A DNA stretch of 64,000 bases from positions 96,001 to 160,000 of the forward strand of contig CAWCPV010000005.1 in NCBI GenBank assembly GCA_963797555.1, read 5' to 3'. The position numbers and the translations under genes were made by a program. Below, piece after piece: positions 57,633-64,000 of this stretch (position 1 is its first letter; each line of letters begins with the position of its first letter). The notes under the pieces are model-generated. The model did no database searches. It was not told where the DNA came from and saw only the letters and a program-made list of their open reading frames with translations. Origin of the DNA: an uncultured Gammaproteobacteria bacterium (GTDB lineage: Bacteria > Pseudomonadota > Gammaproteobacteria > CAWCPV01).

Positions 57633-59351
57633 ATGATCGAGAAACCGTGGTTCTACCTTACGGAGGTCCACCTGCGATTACCGCGTTTTTCCGTCCCCGA
57701 ACGGCTGTATCCACTTGTGCTGGTTTTGCTGTGGGCGCTGCTGACTCTTCCCTCCCTGGCGCTGACCCCACTGTTCGACTTGGACGAAACGGTATACGCC
57801 CAGGCGGCCGCCGACATGCTGCGCGGTGGCAACTGGATCATTCCCAGCGTCAACGGCGTTCCGTTCTTCGACAAGCCGCCCATCGTTTATTACCTCATGG
57901 ATGTTTCTTTCCTCATCTTCGGAGAAAACAGCTTTTCCGCTCGTTTGCCCTCCGCCATTTTTACACTGATGACCGCCCTTTACCTGTTTTACTTTGGTCG
58001 AACCGTTCGCGGCCCCCGTTTCGGCCTGATGGCTGCCTGTGTTTTTCTTACGACGTTGGAGGTTGGCTTGCTCGCGCACGCAGCCATTCTCGATGCCACG
58101 CTGAACTTCTGCCTGGTTCTTTCCATCCTCAGCTATTTTCTCTGGAATACGCGGGGTATTAAGCGCGATGCGTACCTCAGCGCCCTGGCGGCAGGCGCAG
58201 CCGTCAGCGTGAAAGGCCCAGTTGGCGTGGTCATTCCCGTCGTCGTCGTGGCACTGGACGGCTTGCTCAGCGGCACGTTGAAAGCGTTCTTCCGCAACTT
58301 CCCCTGGTTTCGAGGGGGTGTGGCGTTTCTGGCGGCGGCCCTGCCATGGTATGGCCTCGTCGCCCTCAACCACACTTGGGGTTTCTTTAAGGATTTCATT
58401 CTGGTGCACAACATCGGGCGCGCCGAGCATCCGATGGAGGGACACGGCGGCGGCTGGTATTACTACCTCGTTGTGTTCGCTGTCTCGACACTCCCCTGGC
58501 TGGCATGCCTGCCGTGGGCGTGGCGCCAAACTCTGCAGCGCTGGCGTGTATCGTCGGATACCGATGCCCTGTCGCGCCTGGCTTGGTTATGGATGTTGGC
58601 GGTGATGCTGATGTTTACCCTCGCACAAACCAAATTGCCGCAGTATATCTCCAGTATCTATGCCGGCGTTGCGCTCGGCCTGGCGGCGGAATGGTATGAC
58701 GCGCCCCCCGATTTGCGGACGTTGCGTCGTATGCTGGGCGCTGCTGCCGTCCTGGTACTGCCCCTGGCGTCGGTCTTGAGTGCGCTTCCTAGGGTCTATC
58801 GCGATCTGCCCCGCTGGGTGCACGATCAGCGCGCCCTGGCGCTCTTGGCCCAGCCTATAGCGCCGCCATGGTGGATTTCGATGATCGGCTTGCTGCTCGC
58901 GGCAATGGGTGTCGGCGTCTTTCTAAGCCGCGGACGACTTACCCGATGGGCGCTGCCCACGTTGATAGTGATCTCCGCGGCTTTGCAGACGGGATTGTTA
59001 ACCGGGATCGGTGTGTTCGGCGGCAGGCTCATCCAGGGCCCCTTGCTTGTCATTGCCGATGCCATACGGCACACCCCATCGACTACGCCGGTATTCAGCC
59101 TCGACCTGAACTACCCTTCGGTCTCCTTTTACGGGGGGAGACCCTACACCATGCTGCACGGCGAAAAAGGCATGAAACGGCTAGCTGCTGCGCGCGGAGA
59201 CTATCTGCTGGTACTCCGCGATGAGAACATCAAAAGCCTGCGAGTCCCCGCTCTACGCCCGCTCGTAACTCAGGGTGGGTTTACGTTGCTTGCACATGCC
59301 GCCGACGCAAAGCGCGAGCGCATCACGCCCCCTCTGAGCCTACTCGTCTGA
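57633..59351 (+). CDS. ArnT/PMT-like GT39 membrane glycosyltransferase
   Basis: Motifs D.DE..Y, F.DKPP, ARLPSA, KGP.G, PWY and TKLP.YI, with many TM helices. Confidence 0.9.
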   Translation: MIEKPWFYLTEVHLRLPRFSVPERLYPLVLVLLWALLTLPSLALTPLFDLDETVYAQAAADMLRGGNWIIPSVNGVPFFDKPPIVYYLMDVSFLIFGENSFSARLPSAIFTLMTALYLFYFGRTVRGPRFGLMAACVFLTTLEVGLLAHAAILDATLNFCLVLSILSYFLWNTRGIKRDAYLSALAAGAAVSVKGPVGVVIPVVVVALDGLLSGTLKAFFRNFPWFRGGVAFLAAALPWYGLVALNHTWGFFKDFILVHNIGRAEHPMEGHGGGWYYYLVVFAVSTLPWLACLPWAWRQTLQRWRVSSDTDALSRLAWLWMLAVMLMFTLAQTKLPQYISSIYAGVALGLAAEWYDAPPDLRTLRRMLGAAAVLVLPLASVLSALPRVYRDLPRWVHDQRALALLAQPIAPPWWISMIGLLLAAMGVGVFLSRGRLTRWALPTLIVISAALQTGLLTGIGVFGGRLIQGPLLVIADAIRHTPSTTPVFSLDLNYPSVSFYGGRPYTMLHGEKGMKRLAAARGDYLLVLRDENIKSLRVPALRPLVTQGGFTLLAHAADAKRERITPPLSLLV

Positions 59352-59527
59352 GGCCGCACATGACGCGTGTGCCCCAGGCTACACGGTACACACGTCCAAC
59401 TATCGGGTGGAGGAAGATTCCTGGTGGCGGCTCAGTGCGGTGTCTTGGCAGCAAGCCGGGCGGCAGAGGGACCTGCGTATTATCCGCCCAGGCGGCCCGC
59501 GCAGGAACCGGGGCCGGTCCAGAGGGG

Positions 59528-59648
59528 GCACCTGGAGACCATCTCTCGGCTTCGAGGGCGGCCGAGCACGGGCGTTTCGACCTAGTATGCCGGTTCGTGC
59601 AGCGGGAATTCCGCCGCTATCTCGAATGCGGGATCCTCGCCGCAGGGA
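59528..59648 (+). pseudogene. Small IS91-type transposase zinc-binding-domain relic
   Basis: HLET.. and RFVQREFRRYLECGILA.G. Confidence 0.55.
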
Positions 59649-59720
59649 GAGGAGACACCTCGGTGCGACCCGATGGTCAGGCTAGACACCCGCACCTACC
59701 CGATGGGCGGCCGTCTCGTT

Positions 59721-60110
59721 TCACAACTGCTGCACTCGAAGAAAGACCCAAGGCGCGACCGTAACCCAAGCCAGCACCAACAGCCAAAGGCGCCCAGCGA
59801 GAAGGTCGTAATCATGAAGGAGACGGCTCCACGGCAGACGCCTGACATAGCGGCCGAACAGGAACTCGAACGTGACCGTGAATGCAAGCCACATCAGGCC
59901 AACACCGAGAGCGTATTCGGAGGACTCCGGGCGCCAGACGCGCACAATGACCCAGATATAGACGCCCAATACCAAAATTCCGCTGACGCTAGAGATCTGG
60001 TGGGCCGGAAGCTCACCCATGTGCTTTGCGAACCACGCCTCGCGGGCCGCGCCATTGGCGATGGCGATCAGAACCATGGGTATCCAGGCTAAAGCGTACT
60101 TCCACATCAT
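59721..60110 (-). CDS. Four-TM hypothetical membrane protein, possible gene cassette
   Basis: MMWKYALAW..M..IAIANG..RE, G..W...T..FEF.FG and Y....GRLW. Confidence 0.75.
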   Translation of the reverse strand: MMWKYALAWIPMVLIAIANGAAREAWFAKHMGELPAHQISSVSGILVLGVYIWVIVRVWRPESSEYALGVGLMWLAFTVTFEFLFGRYVRRLPWSRLLHDYDLLAGRLWLLVLAWVTVAPWVFLRVQQL

Positions 60111-60417
60111 GGCGCTTGCTTCCTCGGTCGGGGACTGAACAACTCGGCTGAGGCGCGCGGGTTGCTGCCTCGCCTCCAGTCGATGGGGCACGCTCGGCCC
60201 GGCCCGGGCTGGCTCGCATGGTCTGAAACTCAGAAAAAATAAATCCAGCATGGTTCGGGGTCGAACTTACCCGGCCCATGAAGATAGAGCCAGCCGATGT
60301 TGGAGACAGTCGCCCAGGTGGTAACCCGAGAATCGCGGCTCCCGCCCGGCCGGACGCGCCGTTCTCATGGCTGGACCACGAAAAGGCTCCTCGGGTGGCC
60401 CATATGCCCGCCGTACC

Positions 60418-61327
60418 CTACCCTTCGGTGAAGTAGTCCGAGTCGATCCTCTTGACCTCGTAGGAGGCGACCGGGCTCACGCCGACGTTGTGGTCGACCA
60501 TGAGGTGCGCGAGGGCCTCGCCGTCGATGAGGATGATCCGGGTGTCGATGCGCGAGGCATAATCTTCGGCGTCCTTGGTGAAGGCCGAGGTCGTGATGAA
60601 TATCCCCTTTCTAGCCCGGTGGCCCTGCAGCGCACCAGCAAACTTCTGAACCTCGGGCCGCCCCACCGGGTTGTCCCAGCGCTTGGCCTGCACATAGATG
60701 ATGTCGAGCCCAAGACGGTCCTCTTTGATGATGCCGTCAACGCCCTCATCGCCGCTTCTGCCGACGGCCTGCCCGGCGTCTCTGCGCGTACCGCCGTACC
60801 CCATCTTCACGAGGATGTCGACCACGAGGCGCTCGAAGAAGGCCGGGGAGCAGCCCTTGATGGTCTGTAGAAGCTCGGAGGCCAGGCCCTGCCGGAGCGT
60901 GAGATAGGCGGCCTCCAGGGCCTCTTCTGGGGTCTGTTGGGACTGGGTGTCTCGCTCGCCGGAGTCGACCCCGGACTCCTTTCTGAGCAATCGGAACTCC
61001 ACGAACTCGGGGAACCGTTTCAGGTAGTCGATATCAATCTCTCCGGGGTTCTGCTGCAGCACAGACAGACCACGTGAAGTAATCTTGAGGTAGCCCCGCC
61101 GGGGGCTCTCCAGGAGACCCGCCTTCTTCATGTAGGTACGAGCCCAGCCGACCCGGTTGTCGAATGTCGCCTGCCGGCCGCTCGGTAACAGCTCCTTGCG
61201 TTCCTCGTCGCTCAGCCCGAACTGATCGGCGAGCGCCTCGATGGCCCCCCCGAAGCGGGTGCTCCTCGCGGTCTGCGGCGAGCCGAAGCAGCGGCAGCAT
61301 GATCGACTGATAGTCGGGTATGCTCAT
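60418..61327 (-). CDS. mrr: Mrr type IV restriction endonuclease (1-bp frameshift in the G-run near 61250)
   Basis: Motifs MSIPDYQ..M.PLL, FE.LV..IL..MGYG, DEGVDG, YVQAKRW, G.FITTS.F and LIDG. The span is 910 bp (3n+1). Confidence 0.92.
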
Positions 61328-61746
61328 GCACTATTGTCCTCCACAGCGTGACCGCAAGCTCGGATGGCAACGGCCGCTCGGCCGTATTTCCCTGGACGAC
61401 ACACACCTCGGGGAGTTGGGCGGCCGACCGGCTAACACGAGATCGCCATCGCTCAGGGTCCGGGCAGGGTCGCCAGCCATTCGGCTGGGGTGGGGCAGAT
61501 GGATGTCTGGCTTGGGCGGCGCTGGCCGCCCACGGGGTGACCGTGGAGTTCCTTTGTCCCGAGACGCAATCTCTTCGTTTCTGTTGGCCCATTGATCAAG
61601 AAAATCGGCCACAATCATTGCTCCTCGATCCGCCGCCAGTTGCGGGTCACGCGGTTCATGTCCTCATTGGGACGACTTCGGCCCCTTCTTCAATGCGAAG
61701 TGGCCGACTACGACTTTCTGCGGCTCTCGGTGTCTTGGCGCATTGC

Positions 61747-62091
61747 TCAGTCCGTGAGTGACAGCAACCGCTTGACGGAATCGAGCACCGCTTCGCCATC
61801 GGGCCTGGCGAGTCGGCCGAGACGACCACGGATGAGCTGATGGTCCAGAGTGAAAAGCTTCATGCGCACGAGGGAGGCTACAGGCAGCCCGGCGGCCGTG
61901 AGGTCCTGGACCGGCACGTCGAGCGGCCAGGCTGACCGCTTGGCCGAGGTGATCATGGCCAGGACGCTGTGGCCGGCCGGCTCGTTGAACGCGGCGGCCA
62001 AGGATAGCACAAGGGCGGGGCGCGCCTTGGTGGCGCTTCGGTCGTTGAAGGGAAAGGGTACCCGGACCACATCGAAGCGTTCATAGGTCAT
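61747..62091 (-). CDS. PemK/MazF-family toxin
   Basis: FDVV.VPFPF.D...K.RPALV.S...AMITS and GL...S.VR.KLFT. Confidence 0.9.
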   Translation of the reverse strand: MTYERFDVVRVPFPFNDRSATKARPALVLSLAAAFNEPAGHSVLAMITSAKRSAWPLDVPVQDLTAAGLPVASLVRMKLFTLDHQLIRGRLGRLARPDGEAVLDSVKRLLSLTD

Positions 62092-62311
62092 GGTAGGCAT
62101 CCTCATCCTCCGGGGAAGCCCACTCGCTAAGGGTGCCTTCAACGGCCTTGAGGTATTCCAAATCCGTCGGGCGGACTCGGCGAACCCGGACGCTGCCATC
62201 CTTCTCGATTTCCCACGCCAGCAGGTCGCCGGGTCCAGCCTGAAGCGCCTCGCGGATCTCCTTTGGGATCGTGGTCTGCCCTTTGCTGGTGATTCGAGCA
62301 AGTGTCCTCAT
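62081..62311 (-). CDS. AbrB/MazE-family antitoxin
   Basis: ITSKGQ.TIP..IR..L...GD and an acidic tail EW.S.EDE.AY..L. Overlaps the toxin start. Confidence 0.9.
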   Translation of the reverse strand: MRTLARITSKGQTTIPKEIREALQAGPGDLLAWEIEKDGSVRVRRVRPTDLEYLKAVEGTLSEWASPEDEDAYHDL

Positions 62312-62850
62312 GAATGCATCCTGTAAGGATGGCCTTACGTCCTTACATTCTACCAGGCGGCCAGTCGTCCGCCATCTGGGTGGAAAATTCCCGCCCGGAC
62401 CGACAGACTACTTGCGCTCCACCCGCTCTCGTTCCAAGTCCCGGAATAGCTGGTCAGCTCCTGTTGGCTCAGCAGGGCGGTGAGCCTGGCGTTGGGCCTG
62501 CCGGTCTGCTTCTGCAGCCGCGGCCTCGGTCTTGGCGATGAGGTCCTGGGTCCGGGCGCGCACTTCGCCGAGGTGCTCCCGCACCACGCCGTTCGAGGTC
62601 GCGGTCGACCCAGGCGCACTCGGGACGAGCGAGCAAGGCTAAAACATCGGGCTCTTCCGGCTTCAGCGGCCGCGCAGGACCCACGCGATCACGGCAGCGG
62701 AGACGATCCCCTCCTCAGAATTCTGGGAAGTCTTGGTCGGAATCTGCGGGGCCGCCGGCGCGGACATCCCGTCCCGCCAATCGCACGGCTTCCGCCGCCG
62801 AGCGCCATGCCTTGGTTTCTTGATGATGGATTTGTCAGCAGGATGGCTGG

Positions 62851-63342
62851 TCACGGCAACAGCCCGGTGTGCGGAACGAGGCCGAGGGCCCACACGAGCC
62901 AGGCAAGTAATCCGATGTCGAGAGCCCCCTCCGTCGCGCCTCCACTCTTGAAGCTCAGGGGAGCCTGGAACCGGCGGCGCCATGGCCAAAGCAGCGGGAT
63001 ACCGCCGACGGTGAGCCAGTCTCCGGCCAAGTGGCTGAGGTAGCCGGTGGCCGCAGCAGCCGTCAGCTCCTGATCCCAAGCCAGTCCGCGCAGCAGGAGC
63101 CAGATCCACAGGCCGATGGCGAGCAACGAATGGGTCATCCCACGGTGCCCTAGAACTGCGGCGAGGGGTACCGACAGGAACCAGAGGCGGCGACCCACAA
63201 AGCTCTTGGGGTGATCGATATCGGGAAGCAGACTGCCCGCCATCGCCGCGGCCACGCTAGCGGCCTGGGCTGGCGCAGCGCCCCAGCGACATAGCGCCAC
63301 CCAGCTTCCGGCGCCAAACAGCAGGTGGGAATAGGCGCGCAT
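62851..63342 (-). CDS. YdjM-like membrane-bound metal-dependent hydrolase
   Basis: Motifs SH, LLPDIDHP, HRG.THS, SHL.GD and G.PLLWP. Confidence 0.88.
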   Translation of the reverse strand: MRAYSHLLFGAGSWVALCRWGAAPAQAASVAAAMAGSLLPDIDHPKSFVGRRLWFLSVPLAAVLGHRGMTHSLLAIGLWIWLLLRGLAWDQELTAAAATGYLSHLAGDWLTVGGIPLLWPWRRRFQAPLSFKSGGATEGALDIGLLAWLVWALGLVPHTGLLP

Positions 63343-63792
63343 GGGTGAGACATCAAAAAACACGCGCCCCATGAACGCGAGTCCACGGGGCGCCGAGGAA
63401 CCAACCCTGTTCTTGTTGTTAGCTCTCAGGTATCCGAGTTATCGGCAGCGATATTAGAACACCAGCCTTGCGCGTACAACCCCCCATCTTTCTGTCGGTA
63501 CCCGGTGCATCCGCGGGCCTCGCGCCGCACCGGAGCGGCACCTGCGTCCGTGAGTCGGGCCTCTCTTGGTCGGTGCGGCATGCGTCATCGGCACGCGAGC
63601 GGCCGCCGTGCGGTGCCTCCACGACCACCGGGACATGAGGCAGGACCGCGGCGGGGGCGAGCAAGTCTCTGCGATCCGCCCGGGCCGTCCGGCCACCCAA
63701 AGAGTATCCGCGGCCCTCACGACTATGCCTTGAGCGGCTCGCCCTGCGTGCGTCTCCGCAGCCTACCCGGCGCGGCCGCCGATAGCGGGCGG

Positions 63793-64000
63793 TCAGCCGC
63801 CCGGTAGGCTTGGCAAGACGTAGGTCACTTCGCATGCTCGCGCAGGCAACGTCGACCTTGCCGCTGCGGCGCCCGGAGCTTGCGGAGAGATGGAGTCCAG
63901 CCCTCTGAGACGCAACGAGTTCGCGACCACCAGTAGCGAGCTCGCCGCCATGCCCAAAGCCGCTGCCCACGGCGGAACCAGCCCGAACGCCGCAGCCGGC
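63793..64000 (-). CDS. C-terminal end of a heavy-metal P-type ATPase (CcoI/FixI-like), continuing beyond the window
   Basis: Manual translation PAAAFGLVPPWAAALGMAASSLLVVANSLRL. Confidence 0.82.
   Translation of the reverse strand, partial: PAAAFGLVPPWAAALGMAASSLLVVANSLRLRGLDSISPQAPGAAAARSTLPARACEVTYVLPSLPGG

Noticed and set aside
62405-62600. Helical C-terminal protein fragment on the minus strand upstream of the TA module
   Set aside because: No start codon or recognisable motif, so a call cannot be supported.

Overview
This is a GC-rich window from what looks like a gammaproteobacterial chromosome; the taxonomy is inferred from gene order. Core blocks are proC-yggT-yggU-DUF4426, tag, a CP-ATP-grasp/alpha-E pair, sufU, an ABC exporter, rplM-rpsI-tRNA-Gln(CUG), hemH, comF with bioFHCD, and an A1-type cytochrome c oxidase operon. 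Four accessory regions are interspersed. (i) A decayed island downstream of tRNA-Gln (~15.9-24.9 kb) holds a STAND-FGE gene relic with a DGR-target-like 3' end, a nuclease-like gene, an IS4/IS50-type element carrying a DUF4338/DruA-like passenger gene, nested IS1634/IS1380/ISL3 relics and a 277-bp micro-inversion. (ii) A P450 + fatty-acyl-AMP-ligase-ACP + LpxL-like acyltransferase + Sfp PPTase cluster (26.6-31.7 kb) is the best candidate for an undescribed pathway. (iii) A stretch of secreted unknown proteins with an intact IS630 spans 32.9-40.2 kb. (iv) An IS block bounded by a duplicated comF 3' end spans 42.2-45.1 kb. An mrr gene and a MazEF-type module lie near the right end. A MITE-like repeat occurs four times, and one copy carries tandem 74-bp GGA-hairpin modules. 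Single-base insertions in rplM, prs and mrr suggest uncorrected assembly indels, so frameshift-only pseudogene calls are uncertain. All family names come from motif recognition by eye, not database searches.
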